A DNA stretch of 64,000 nucleotides, from contig NW_027590122.1 in the NCBI RefSeq assembly GCF_964213995.1, positions 744,001 to 808,000 of the forward strand, in the 5' to 3' direction. The notes beneath the pieces were generated by a model. It saw only the letters and a list, made by a program, of their open reading frames with translations. It was not told where the DNA came from and did not search any database. Shown piece by piece: positions 1 to 12,478 of this stretch (position 1 is the first letter of the stretch; every line of letters starts with the position of its first letter). A program made the translations under genes and the position numbers. The DNA is from Mustelus asterias. Taxonomy: Eukaryota.

Positions 1-575
1 CCGCCACGGCAGATGGTGGAATTTAAATTCAGTAAAAACATCTGGCATTAAGAATCTACTTATGACCATGATATCGTTGCCGATTGTGTAAAAACCTTTC
101 TGGTTCACTAATGTCTTTTAGGGAAGGGAATCTGCTGTCCTTACTTGGTCTGGCCTACATGTGATTCCAGAGCCACAACAATGTGGTTGGCTCTCAACTG
201 CCCTCGGATAAGAGGTGGGCCATAAATGCTGATCATTCAGCGGCACCCATGTCCATAGAATCCCTACAGAGCAGAAGGAGGCCATTTGGCCTATCGGGCC
301 CGCACCGACACCATTCTCTCCCAGGCCCTATACCCATCACCCCACGTATATTCCCTGCTAATTCCCTTGACACTATGGGACAATTTATCATCGCCAATCA
401 GCCTAAGCAGCACATCCTTGGATCGTATGAGTAAATAGGCAGACAATTGGAGAATGTGCATGCTCCACAGAGACAGTGACTCCACACAGACCCAAACCGG
501 TAATTGAGCCCGGGTCCCTGGCGCTGTGAGGCAGAAGTGCTAACAACTATGCCACTGTGCCTCCCACGAATGAAT
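1..575 (+). mobile_element. SacSINE1/DeuSINE-like SINE (5' part outside window), interrupted by an HE1 SINE at 254-561
   Basis: Body 'ggcagatggtggaattt...ctggttcactaatgtc...gggaagggaatctgctgtccttac...ccagagccacaac'; the tail 'cacccatgtc' resumes as 'tcccacgaatgaat' after the inserted SINE; the same family occurs at 18654 and 57948. Confidence 0.7.
254..561 (-). mobile_element. HE1-type V-SINE
   Basis: Reverse complement has a tRNA-derived head (ggcacagtggcatagttgttagcact...gggacccggg), a V-domain and a CR1-like tail (...ctgtagggattctatg). Confidence 0.8.
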
Positions 576-630
576 TCAAAAAAGAAAATCCTCATATGAT
601 ACAGTATTACACTTTATATTTCTCCAACAG

Positions 631-913
631 CTCCTTAACCCTGTGACAATTAGCGGTGAACGAAACCTGGTTGGCTTATAATTAATTGAGCTGGCAGAGA
701 AACAAAATTGAAATCGACTTTTGACAGAATTGAATAAATCAGGACGGACACAGCGATCAGGAAAGTTCTCCGTCAGCATCCAAATCATTGTAGCTCATCT
801 TATTGACCACCGGCTGTCTCACATTCACTGGTAGTGGGAGCACAGGACATCAGGACTTTGCAGCATATTGCACAATATCACAAGAGTAAATGCTTTATCT
901 TCCACAGAACCAG
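631..913 (+). pseudogene. Possible degenerate Ig C1-domain exon
   Basis: Polypyrimidine-AG acceptor at 629-630 and GT donor at 914; frames give LSWQRNKIEI...GKFSVSIQIIV...HIHW*WEHRTSG, resembling C1 strands, with multiple stops and frameshifts. Confidence 0.3.
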
Positions 914-3124
914 GTTATGAACTGGACATTTCTTCACAGATTGGCAGCTCTGAGAGGCACTGTTAAATAATCAAAATCAAATTATGCTGCACATTAGAAC
1001 ATGGTACTACTCAGGTACAAGAGACGTTGCCTTTCTAATGAGGGGCAGAAGACTGAGAATATTCCAGGAATCCGCGCTGTTCAAGGCAATTATATGACTT
1101 TATTTTACTTTTAATTATTTTCATTTTTGGGCCATTACACTGATCTCATTGGACTGAGGGATTGGGGACATCAAAATCTCTTTCCTGCACTTCATTGAAG
1201 TTGCTCACAAAGTGGCTTGAATTGTTGGAAGGACATTTATTTGTAAGTCATACAAATGAAATAGCACCCAGCCAATTGACTAGTTTCCGATACTGTTTAA
1301 TCACATAATCAACAGTGCATTCATTAAAAGTATTTGCTTGGAATGAATACCATTTAGAACGTGTCTTTCTTGTGGGAATCAGACATTTATTGCATAACTG
1401 GCTAAGTCCCATTTTATCCTTACATATTAACGTTAATCTGTCCACGCAGTGCTTGGCAGCGGTCCAACCTGCTGCCAAATATCCGAAAATATTTACAGGA
1501 AGCATCTGAGGGTGTTTGTTCAGAAACTCAAAGATCTGTTTCCTCAGTACTGAGCGCTTGGCTGCAAGCCAACTTCAAACTCTCAGCATTGTCAATGGGG
1601 CCTATTTATAAATAAATCTACCCAGCAACAGTACTGGAGGCAAGTTAATTATTTTTAATGTTGTAAACCTGTATGAATGTTTCCCATTGCTTTGGAAAAG
1701 AAAGTTTCCATCTTCTCTGGCTCCTTGTTAGCAACAATGACGATCTCTCCAACACAACAAAACACTGTGATCGATGGATAGAAATAAATACAGGCAGATT
1801 GTGAGAGTTGATTCAGAGAGGTGATATATCTTATACTGCATAAACATATATGCTTGTGTTTTATTTCACTTGATTCTTCCATGGGACGAGGGAGTCTCTG
1901 GAAAGACCAACATTTGTTTCCTGTGCTTAATTTATTTTCAACTGAGGGGTGTGCTCGGGCATTTCGGAAGGCATTGCCCAGTTACACATATTGCTGCCTG
2001 TCTGTAGTCACACCCTGGTGAGACCAAGTAGGGATGGCAGATTTCCTTGATTGGGGAATCAGAGAGGTTTATCTGGTCGCTGTAAGTATGAATCCAGATT
2101 TATTGATTGAAATCAAATTCCACCAGCTGCCATGGTCGGATTTAATCTCGTGTTCCCACATCACTGCACTGGGATTCTGGATTACTGCTCCACTGGCATT
2201 AATATTACGCCACCATCGACACAAGAAATAAATAAATGCCTGTGTTGATGCAGGGATGAACGATAGTTGGATACCTGAATGTTTTCATTGAGGAATCAGT
2301 GAATGGACTGATGGATGCGACGATAGCTGGTCCTGAAATTTGTTGTTCTACATTCGCTTACTTGTGTTTTGCTACTTCAAAAATCGAATCTAGTCCTTTA
2401 TTACAATTGTGTCAGTCTACAACCTTTAATCCTTCCAGATTTTCGGGGTGAATTCCATCCCCGGGATATCGGGAACAAATGAATTGAACCTCACTAAGAT
2501 TAGTCTGATTTTTCCCCATGTTGGTGGTAAATCTTCAAATCCAAAATGGAAAGAGGGAACATGATTAGGTTGATGAGGGAGGGTTGTAATATTTGGAACA
2601 TGTGGCCTTTCCAGTGCAACAAAATCACTCAACAGATCATCACCCAAATTAGTGAAGCCTAATAAATAAATAATGTGGCAACGAAAATATTGTGTAACTC
2701 ACTGGACAGCTTGAAGTTTTGAATTACTTTCCAGAACTGTGTAAAAATGAATCGGGATTTTTAAGCTCCTATAAATTCATATTAGATACAGATACTTTCA
2801 GTTATACAGCCATTATAAAAATGGTCACACATTCCAGTTATTTATCAGGAGTTTCTGTGTGATGATGAGGTGATTACTTGTAATAAAGCGTAGAGGCTGC
2901 TGGGTAGCTGCTACTATTTGGTCTGATTTAAATCAATTTCCCACTGAATTCTGAGGCAGATTTGATTCTTTCGTGACAGAAAGGCGAATGCTGTCTCAAT
3001 ACATTTGAATCTCAATGAATTGTACTAAATAAACTGAAATTATATTCGCATCAAATAAAATACTGACAATAATTGGTGAAATATTAATTAACTTTTGTGA
3101 ATTGAAGATTATTGGTAATATTAG

Positions 3125-4650
3125 CGCCAGGCAATGACCACCTCCAAAAAGGAGAATCTACCCATTGCTCCTTGTCACTCAATGATATTATGATACTGAA
3201 TCACCCACTATAAACATCGTCGGTGTTACCAATGGCTAACAAGAATATAAGAACATAAGAAGTAGGAGCAGGAGTAGGCCATCTAGCCCCACGAGCCTGC
3301 CCCGCCATTCAATAAAACCATGGCTGATCTGATAGTATGTTCCACTTACCCGCCCGCTCCCCATAACCCTTAATTCCCTTATTGATCAGAAATCTATCTA
3401 CCTGTGACTTAAACATATTGAACGAGGTAGCCTCCACTGCTTCAATGGGCAGAGAATTCATTCCAAAGATTCACTACCCTCTGAGAGAAGAAGTTCCTCC
3501 TCAACTCTGTTCTAAACTGACTCCCCCTTATTTTGAGGCTGAGTCCTCTCGTTCTTGTTTCCTTTCTAAGTGGAAAGAATCTCTCTGCCTCTACCCTGTC
3601 TAGTCCGTTCATTATCTTATATGTCTCTATAAGATCTCTCCTCAGCCTTCTAAACTCCAATGAGTACAGGCCCAATCTACTCAATCTCTCCTCATAAGCT
3701 AACCCCCTCATCTCCGGTATCAACCTGGTGAACCTTCTCTGTACTCCCTCCAAGGCCAATATATCCTTCCGCAAATAAGGGGACCAAAATTGCACACAGC
3801 ACTCTAGTTGCGGCCTCACCAGTACATTGTACAATTGTAGCAGGACCTGCCTGCTTTTATACTCCATCCCCTTCGCGATAAAGGCCAACATTCCATTTGC
3901 CTTCTTGATCACCTGCTGCACCTGCAAACTGATTTTTTCCGATTCATGCACAAGGACCCACAGGTCTCTCTGCACAGTAGCATGTTGTAATTTTTCATCA
4001 TATAAATAAGAGTCCATTTTACTATTATTGCTTCCAAAGTGGATAACCTCACACTTGTCAACGTTATATTCCATCCAGCTCCGGCTGGAAAATCAGGTCA
4101 GCCTGCTGTGAGTAACCCACCTCCAGACTCCCCAAACCTGTGCACCAACTACACGACATAAGTCAGGAGAGTAAAAGGGTTCTTTCCAGTTGCTTGAATA
4201 AGTGGAGCTCAAACAACATTCAAGAATCTTCATACCATTCAGGAATAAGCAGCCGGCTTGACTGGCATAGAATTTGAAAATGCTCACTCCCTCCACCACA
4301 GAGAGCAGTATGATGTACCATTTACAAGTTTCACTTCCGAAACTCACCAAGACTCCTTAGGCAGCAACTTCCAACCACACGACAGTTACCATCTGGAAGG
4401 ACAGGAGTAACAGTTACCAGGGAATATCACCTATAAATTCCCCTCCAAATCAGTCATATACCTGACTTGTAAACATATCGTCCTTCCTACACTGTCGCTG
4501 GATTGAAATCCTAGAACAGCACAGTGTGGGTACCTACACCACAGGTTCTGCAGCAATTCAAGCAGTTAGCTCATCACCAGCTTACTAAGGGCAATTAGGT
4601 ATAGGCAATAAATGCTGACTTAGCCAGCAACACCCATGTCCCTTGAATTA
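3125..4650 (+). mobile_element. Old CR1/L2-group LINE 3' fragment (shares its tail with the SacSINE1-like SINE), split by a CR1 at 3241-4074
   Basis: 'gccaggcaatgacc...aatcacccactat' resumes after 4074; ends 'aagggcaattagg...ggcaataaatgctg...cccatgtcccttgaat'. Confidence 0.6.
3241..4074 (-). mobile_element. CR1 LINE, 5'-truncated (C-terminal ORF2 plus 3' UTR)
   Basis: ORF 3442-4074 has CR1 ORF2 C-terminal motifs (CVQFWSPYLRKDI, LYSLEFRRLRRDLI); (ttcttatg)-type tail at 3241-3261. Confidence 0.92.
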
Positions 4651-4784
4651 AAACTTAAATGCATTAATGTTTATGAATGGATGATAACTTGTGAACAAAA
4701 TTGTGTAACTTTGTGAATGGATGGCAATTGGTGAAAATAAATACCAACTTTCTGAACATTTATGACCTTCTCTTTCTCTGCCAG

Positions 4785-5005
4785 AAGATAGGTTCCGTTC
4801 CACAGGAGATTCATGATTCAAAAACATCACACTATCCGAAGACAAGGCCGACAGAGGAGACGGCAACATCTGCAGCTGTATCTCAATCATAGCATCACGG
4901 GAAAGGCCTTTGATAGGATTACAATTTTGTTACTCGTCTGCTTGAAGACCGGGATTAACCTGAAGCACAGTGTTGTGCTTGTGTTGGAAGATATACGTAT
5001 CATAA
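4785..5005 (+). pseudogene. Possible degenerate connecting-peptide/transmembrane exon
   Basis: Strong acceptor tctttctctgccag; allowing two frameshifts it reads ...GNICSC...GKAL/IG.TILLLVCLKTGI.LSTVLCLCWKIYVS* (hydrophobic stretch with a central Lys). Confidence 0.25.
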
Positions 5006-5646
5006 CCATACTTTCGTGAATCGCAAGAAGATATTCGACACTCGCATCAGAGCAGAGACTGCAAGATTTGGGGGAACTAGGCTCTCCACCAAAACGTCCT
5101 CGGTCTCATTCATGACACACAAAACGACAATCTACAACCACACCTGATAGCGTCATGGGCAACACTTGCAGTTGAATCAACCTCTCAAAAGTTGTCCCCC
5201 TCAGTCATCAACAAATTTGACATATGCAAAAGAAACCAAACTGAAATGAATGTGTTTATTGTGTTTCTAAATTCTATTGTAAATGGAAGGATGCCGGTTA
5301 TCATTGTGACGTTGATTTGTAAACAATATGACATTTTTCCGACAACGCACGCAGAGGCACACACATATATTCTCTCTTGTTCTCATTCTGTCCCACAAAT
5401 TGTCTCCCTTTCATACGCACGTACACGTACAGAAATAGAAACACACACACACACTTTCCTTCAACTTAACACTCCATCTTGGCTTCCGAGGAATCACCTA
5501 ATCATCACACAGAAACTCCTGATAAATAACTGGAATGTGTGACCAACTATCTTTCAGATGGAACGATGAACAAATAAACTTTCCCCAACGCCATGTTTGC
5601 TGAGCTGGACGTTAAAGGACCCATGGTCTCCAACAGCGCCCTGGTC

Positions 5647-6836
5647 AACATCCCTCCTTTGGCGGCCCTCGGGCTGCGGTGAGGGAGGGCGATGGCGGCG
5701 GGTGCGGCCTGGTTCTGGGCGCTGCTGCTTGTCGTGCTGCTGAGCGGCGCTGCCGGGGAGGAGGAGCGGCCCAAGGCCGGCAAGAAGAAGAAGGACATCC
5801 GCGACTACAACGATGCCGACATGGCCCGACTGCTGGAGGAGTGGGAGAAAGATGATGATATAGAAGAAGGAGACCTACCAGAGCACAAGAGAACATCTCC
5901 ACCAATAGATTTTTCCCAAATTGATCCCAGCAATCCTGAAAACCTTCTAAAGGCAACCAAGAAAGGCAAGACCTTAATGATATTTGTGACAGTGTCTGGG
6001 AATCCCACTGAGAAGGACACTGAGGAGATCACCAGTCTTTGGCAAGGCAGTCTGTACAATGCAAATTATGATGTCCAGAGATTTGTTGTTGGTTCTGATC
6101 GTGCCATATTCATGCTGCGTGATGGAAGCTACGCCTGGGAGATTAAAGACTTCCTGATAAATCAGGATCGCTGTGCGGATGTCACTGTTGAGGGGCAAAT
6201 GTATCCTGGGAAAGCAGCAGAGAAAAAGAAGAATGAAACCAAGCCCGATAAGAAGAAGAAGAAAGAAGCAACGGTTTCCCAGAAAGACAACCGAGCAAAC
6301 AAAAACGAACTATGACACGGTTGAGTTAGAAAGATGGTGAAATGAACTTTTCTTTTGGTTTTGATTGCCTTTTGATGTTTGAGATTTTGGAGCTATTATT
6401 GAATCCATGATGCTGGATTTTTATAGCTCCAGGTTTTTGGGAGTGAGACTAATGTGAACTCCACCTAACATTCATTCCTAATATGAAGGCACTGCGTCAT
6501 CTTGTGCGTCGCGGTCTTTTAAAGGTACGAAAGGAAGTCTCCAGGTGCAGCTGTAGACTTTATAGATCATATTTGCTGCCTGTACCTTACACCTCAACAC
6601 AATAGGATTTCTCTTCATTTTGTTCTGATTTGCACTTCAATATAAAATGCAAGTTCCCTTTTGTGATTTAAGTACACTTTGACACAAAGACCATTATTTT
6701 CTATTGGTGCCTTTTTATAAGTAGTGACATTAATATGTTTCTAATTTCAAAATGAAATGATTGAAATTGCTGTCGGTATGGTCCACGTGTATTAAATTGA
6801 TTTTTGAGATGTTAAAAAAAAAAACATCCCTCCTTT
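5647..6836 (+). other. MESD: Retroposition unit of MESD mRNA: TSD - 5'UTR - CDS - 3'UTR - poly(A) - TSD
   Basis: aacatccctccttt at 5647-5660 and 6823-6836; ATTAAA at 6791-6796; A11 at 6814-6824. Confidence 0.93.
5692..6315 (+). CDS. MESD: LRP chaperone MESD (mesoderm development candidate 2), intronless processed retrocopy with an intact ORF
   Basis: 207 aa: signal peptide, KKKKDIRDYNDADMARLLEEWEKDDDIEEGDLPEH, KKGKTLMIFVTVSGNPTEKDTEEITSLWQGSL, FMLRDGSYAWEIKDFL, C-terminal KNEL ER-retention-type signal; no introns. Confidence 0.95.
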   Translation: MAAGAAWFWALLLVVLLSGAAGEEERPKAGKKKKDIRDYNDADMARLLEEWEKDDDIEEGDLPEHKRTSPPIDFSQIDPSNPENLLKATKKGKTLMIFVTVSGNPTEKDTEEITSLWQGSLYNANYDVQRFVVGSDRAIFMLRDGSYAWEIKDFLINQDRCADVTVEGQMYPGKAAEKKKNETKPDKKKKKEATVSQKDNRANKNEL

Positions 6837-6904
6837 TAACCAAAATGAACAAAAATGCATTACCATGGATTGAGCTATTTTGATCTGATGCTGATCTGGC
6901 AACA

Positions 6905-7300
6905 TCGGAACATAGCCGCAGGAGTAGGCCATTCAGCTCCTCGAACTCGCCTCGCCATTCAATAAGTTCATGGCTGATCTGTGGCCGAATACATGTACCT
7001 TCCCTCGGCCCATGTTGATACCCCTGTTCAATAAAAGAAAATCGATCTCAGACTTCAATCTAACAATTGAACCAGCACCCACCGGCGTCTGCGGAAGAGA
7101 GTTCCAAACATCCATCTCTCTCTGCGTGTACAAATTCTTTCTATTAACTCTCCTGAACGGCCTGTCCCTATTTTTTTTAAACTATGGCCCTTTATTCTCG
7201 AACTTTCAACGTGTGGAAACATTTTATCTTTATCTACCTTCCCTGTAAATATTTCATAGATTTCTATCAGAGCAGCCCTCAACCTTCTGAATTCGAGAGA
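6905..7300 (-). mobile_element. CR1 LINE 3' fragment (diverged)
   Basis: FSLEFRRLRAALIEIY (ORF 7055-7339) and the CR1 3' UTR 'ggcctactcctgc'. Confidence 0.8.
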
Positions 7301-7319
7301 AAAAGTCTTTTTTGGCTTT

Positions 7320-8125
7320 TTTGGAGGAAATAATAACAAATGGGATTACTATCTCAATGGAAACAAATTAAAACATGCTACCGTGCAAAGGGACCTGGGG
7401 GTCCTTGTGCATGAGACGCAAAAGCCCAGTCTGCAGGTACAACAGGTGATCAAGAAGGCAAATGGGATGTTGGCCTATATTGCGAAGGGGATAGAATATA
7501 AAAGCAGGGATGTCTTGATGCACCTGTACAGGGCATTGGTGAGGCCGCAGCTGGAATACTGTGTGCAGTATTGGTCCCCTTATATGAGGAAGGATATATT
7601 GGCATTGGAGGGAGTGCAGAGAAGGTTCACCAGGTTGATACCGGAGATGAGGGGTTTGGATTATGAGGAGAGGCTGAGGAGATTGGTTTTGTACTCGTTG
7701 GAGTTTAGAAGGATGAGGGGGGATCTTATGGAGACTTATAAGATAATGCGGGGGCTGGATAGGGTGGAGGCGGAGAGATTCTTTCCACTTAGTAAGGAAG
7801 TTAAAACTAGAGGACACAGCCTCAAAATAAAGGGGGGTCGGTTTAAGACAGAGTTGAGGAGGAACTTCTTCTCCCAGAGGGTGGTGAATCTCTGGAATTC
7901 TCTGCCCACTGAGGTGGTGGAGGCTACCTCGCTGAATATGTTTAAAGCGCGGATGGATGGATTCCTGATCGGTAAGGGAATTAAGGGTTATGGGGATCAG
8001 GCGGGTAAGTGGTACTGATCCACGTCAGATCAGCCATGATCTTATTGAATGGCGGGGCAGGCTCGAGGGGCTAGATGGCCTACTCCTGCTCCTATTTCTT
8101 ATGTTCTTATGTTCTTATGTTCTTA
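7320..8125 (+). mobile_element. CR1 LINE, 5'-truncated, young
   Basis: Uninterrupted ORF2 C-terminus 7383-8018; (ttcttatg)n tail 8096-8125. Confidence 0.93.
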
Positions 8126-8959
8126 ATTTGTCTGATCTCTCCTCGCAACTTGCGTTGAACTCCCTCCAGAGCCAACATCTTTCCAAAGATTTGTTGCCCA
8201 TGCCTGCTCACAGTACTCTTTTTGTGGTCTAACAAAGATTTTCACAATTGCAGTACAACATCTGCATCCCTATACTCCAGTCCTTTGGGTATGAAGACCA
8301 GCATTCCGTTGGCCTTAATGTCTATTTTCTGCATCAGTTCGTGGCATTTTGAGAAACTATGCGCCTGAAGCCCCAAATCTCGTTGGGCATCCACTAAATT
8401 TAATTTTGTGCCTTCTAAAAATACCTTGATCTATCATTTGGACATTTGACTTTTTATGCCATTATCTAAGCCATTAATGAATACTGTCAATAATTGAGGC
8501 CCCAAGACAGATTCCTGCGGGACAACACTTAAGCTGCATGATTCAGCAACGTACGTGTACAATTCGTTGCACCTTACAATTTGGCACCTTCCGCAGAAGG
8601 GGATGTGGTATTACATTAATGGATGTGAATTCGTGGTACATTCATATCATAGATCATACCTAACAGCGATATTTTCACAGTAACTGTAATTACAGAGTTT
8701 TGCCAGCAGATGGAAATGAAATCTTGATGGGTTACATTACATGACGCAATGAATGCCGCAATAAATACTACACTGGACCCTGTATCTGTTCATTTTGAAT
8801 TGACCTCCATATGTATCTATTTAGAATGGGCACAGTCTCTGATTATACTACATTATATTATATGGCACCCTGTTTAAACTAATATTGCACCAGTACATGT
8901 CAATGTATACATCACACAATCACTCTGATCCGAATATTTCCAGGAAGGATCAAACTTTG

Positions 8960-10790
8960 CAGTTCTGCCGCATGCAGTCCTGAATGGTGGTGGACATTCA
9001 AACAATTAACCGCAGCAGGAGCCTCAAATAAAACCCACATTCTTAATGATGTGGGACCTCAGCAAAGGGTAAAGAAACAAAACTGAAACAATTGCTACCA
9101 TCTCCAGCCGGAAGTGCCGAGAAGATGTTCCATCTCAGCCTCCTCCTGAGGTCCCCAGCATCACAGATGCCAGTTTCCAAGCAGTTCAATTCATTTCACA
9201 GTATAATATTGGAACAGGAATAGACCATTCAAGCCCTGGAGCCCGCTCCGCCACGCAATATGTTCATGATTGATCTGTGGCCTAACACTGTGCTGAAGGC
9301 TTTGGACACTGCAAAGGTTATTGGTCCTGACAATATTTCAGCAATAATAATGACGATGTGTGCTCTGGAGCTAGCTGCGCCCCAGCCAATCTATTCAAGT
9401 ATATACATCACGGTCACATACCCAACAGTATGGAAAATTGGCAGACATGTCCTGTCACGAAAAGCAGGGAAAATCCAATCCGGCCAATTATCGCCCAATG
9501 CGTCCTCACTCGATCAACGTAATAGAAAGTATCAAGGATCATCCGATCAGCAATAATAATAATAATCCGCTCAATGATGCTCTCTCTGGGTCCCACTAGG
9601 GGCACGCGGTTCCAGAAATCATTTGAACTTAGTCCAAATATAGTAGAAATAGCTGATTTAATAAGGTAAGGTGAGAGTGCCTGCCCTCGACAATAACGCA
9701 GCACTTGACTGATTATGGCATCAATAAGCCCGAGCGAAGCTGCAGTCAATGGGGATCCGGGGGTAAACATTCCACTGGCTTCAGTCAAACCGAACATAGA
9801 GTAAGATGGTTGTGGTTGTTGAAAGCCAATCATCTGAGTCACAGGGCTTTGCTGCAGGAAGTCCTCAGGATAGTGTGCTCGGCCTAATCTTCACCCTTCA
9901 TTGGAAGGTCAGAAGTGGGATGTTCACTAATGATTGCACAGTGTTCAGCACATTTGCGACTCCTCAGATACTGAAGCAGTCCGTGTCCATATGCAGCAAG
10001 ACTTAGAACACATTCAGGCTTTTCTGAGGATTAGAGAATAACATTCACGCCACACAAGTGGCAGGCAATGACCTTCTGCAAGTAAGAGAGATTCCAAACA
10101 TCTCCCTTTGACACTAAATGGCATGACGACGGCTGAAACCCCCACTATCATCATTCTGTGAATTACCGTTGATTAAAAACTGAACTGGGCAACCATGTAA
10201 AAAATATTGCGACAAGGACATGTCAGACGCTGGGAATTTTGTGTTGAGTCACTCACCCCTTGACTTCTCAAACCCTCTCCATCATGTACAGGGCAAAGGT
10301 CAGGAGTCTGATTGAATGTTCTCCACTTGTCTGACGTGTGACCCTGAAGCAACACCCAAATATCTCGAAACCACCCAGCAAAAAGCAGGTTGCTCGATGA
10401 ACGCCCCACACACCACTTGAAGCATTCACTCTCTGCATCACAGATGTACAACTCCAGTAGTGTGAACTATACACAACTTGGAGAGCGGCAACATAATCCT
10501 TCGATAGCACCTTCCAAACACATTCATTCTGATACTTAAAACGACAAGGGCAGCAGATGCACGAGAACACAATTACCTGCAAGTGCCCATAAAACCCACA
10601 CGCCATCTTGACTGTATATTTCAGTGTCAATGGATGAAAACCTTGTAACTCCCTTCCTGTCAGCACTGTGCGTGTATTTACTCTGTGGAATTCAATGGCT
10701 CGAGAAGAGTGCTCACCACTACATTCTCAAAGGGAAAAACGAAGTGGCAACAAATGCTACTTTACCAGTGACACAAAAATCTCATAAAAT
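8960..10790 (+). mobile_element. Degenerate CR1/L2-group LINE (RT region to 3' end)
   Basis: Fragments KALDTAKVIGPDNI, AGSPQDSVLG (PQGSVLG) and GMFTNDCTVF (FADD); same family as 3125-4650. Confidence 0.7.
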
Positions 10791-11002
10791 AACTTTAAAC
10801 ATATCATATCTCTGCTTATATTCAATTAACCCCCATTTCTGTTTGTATTGAAATAGGCCATGTCTCGATCACATTACAACATGTCTTATCTCCGTTATTT
10901 CCCTACTCGGCTCATTATCAGTTGTTCCGACAAGAAGCCAAGGCCCTACTTCGACGATAGTTTCTGAGTTATGACTGTGCTGAACTATGTTTCAGTTAAT
11001 AC

Positions 11003-11307
11003 GGGCGGCACGGTGGCACAATAGTTATCACTGCTGCCTGATAGCACCAGGGACCCGGTTTCAATTCCCAGCTATGGTGACTGTCTGTGTGTCGTCTGCA
11101 TGTTCTCCCTGTGTCTGGGTGGGTTTCATCCGGGTCCTCCGGTTTCCTCCCACAGTCCGAAGGACGTGCTGTTTAGGTGCATTTTGGCCATGCTAAATTC
11201 TCCCCTAAATTCTACCCGAACAGGCGACTAGGGGATTTTCACAGTAACTTAATTGCAGTGTTGATGTAAGCCTACTTGTGACACTAACAAATAAGCTTTA
11301 AAACTTT
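11003..11307 (+). mobile_element. V-SINE with HE1 head and an alternative (non-CR1) 3' tail
   Basis: gggcggcacggtggcac...gggacccggtttcaattcc head and V-domain; tail ggattttcacagtaac...cctacttgtgacactaac. Confidence 0.8.
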
Positions 11308-11449
11308 AATCTGGCTGTGTCTCAATTCCTACTGCATCACAGCATTTATCTGTGTATACTAAACTGAAACAACATTCTTACATTACAAATGTTTCGGTCA
11401 CAGTATTTGCTTGAATAGTTCATTACATCAAATTAACTCGATCTTGTTT

Positions 11450-11910
11450 TAGTTAGAACTTGCCGTATGAGGAACGTTTGAGGACTCTGGGTCTGTACTC
11501 GATGGAGTTAAGAAGAATGGGGGGGTGGATCTTATTGAAACTTGCAGGATACTGCGAGGGCTGGATAGAGTGAACATGGAGAGGATGTTTCCCCTCGTAG
11601 GAAAAGCTAGAACCAGAGGGCACAACCTCACGCTGAAGGGGTGATCCTTTAAAACAGAGATGAGGAAAAATGTCTTCAGCCAGAGAGTGGTGAATCTGTG
11701 GAACTCTTTGCCATAGCAGGCTGTGGAGGCCAAGTCATTGAGTGTCTTTAAGATAGAGTTAGATAGGTTCTTGATTGATAAAGGGATCAGGGGTTATGGG
11801 CAAAAGGCAGGAGAATGAAGATCAGAAAAGTATCAGCCATGATTGAATGGCGGAGCAGTCTCGATGGGCCGAGTGGCCCATTTCTGCTACTATGTCTTAT
11901 GGTATGGTCT
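11450..11910 (+). mobile_element. CR1 LINE 3' fragment
   Basis: YEERLRTLGLYS-type coding remnant, CR1 3' UTR and 'tatgtcttatggt' tail. Confidence 0.85.
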
Positions 11911-12478
11911 TAATGCTGCATCAGTCCATGTATGTGTTTATTTCATCCTGACTCTGCCTACATTTAATGCGACCAGGTCACTGTTATTAATGCACTAGAT
12001 TATGCCTCTGTTCGAATTATGGTCGCATTACTCTACGGTTCTGTGAGGAGGAGAGATAATACAATACATAAATATGCTGTGCTAAAAACATCTGTATTCA
12101 GCAGGATCCTGAAACAGAAACTATTGGATCGACAGTGCATCCAGCGCAGGGTTTGATATCTACTTGCAATACAGTCAGCAGAATTGCATTTCAGATATCA
12201 CTTCTTCCAGTGCCCAAGACCAGTCTCCATCCCAGAGAGTTGTGTCTGTCGGAGGATGCAGAGAAATGTGTTCCCCCAGCCACTTTTCACATTATTGCAC
12301 CTTGTCTAGCGCAGTAATAACTGAGTCCGTGCCCAATATAAAATGAACGTGGACATAGTCAAGTGCAGAACTAAGACCGCATCCAGTTTAGTACAGAGAC
12401 AGGTCTACATTAATAGAAGCAGAGTCACTGTCGAGCTTAATGTAAACAGAGATATGGTGACGTTTTTTCTTGCTGGTA

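Noticed and set aside
1248-2660. Minus-strand short ORFs with possible splice acceptors
   Set aside because: No recognisable protein motif and no consistent exon chain
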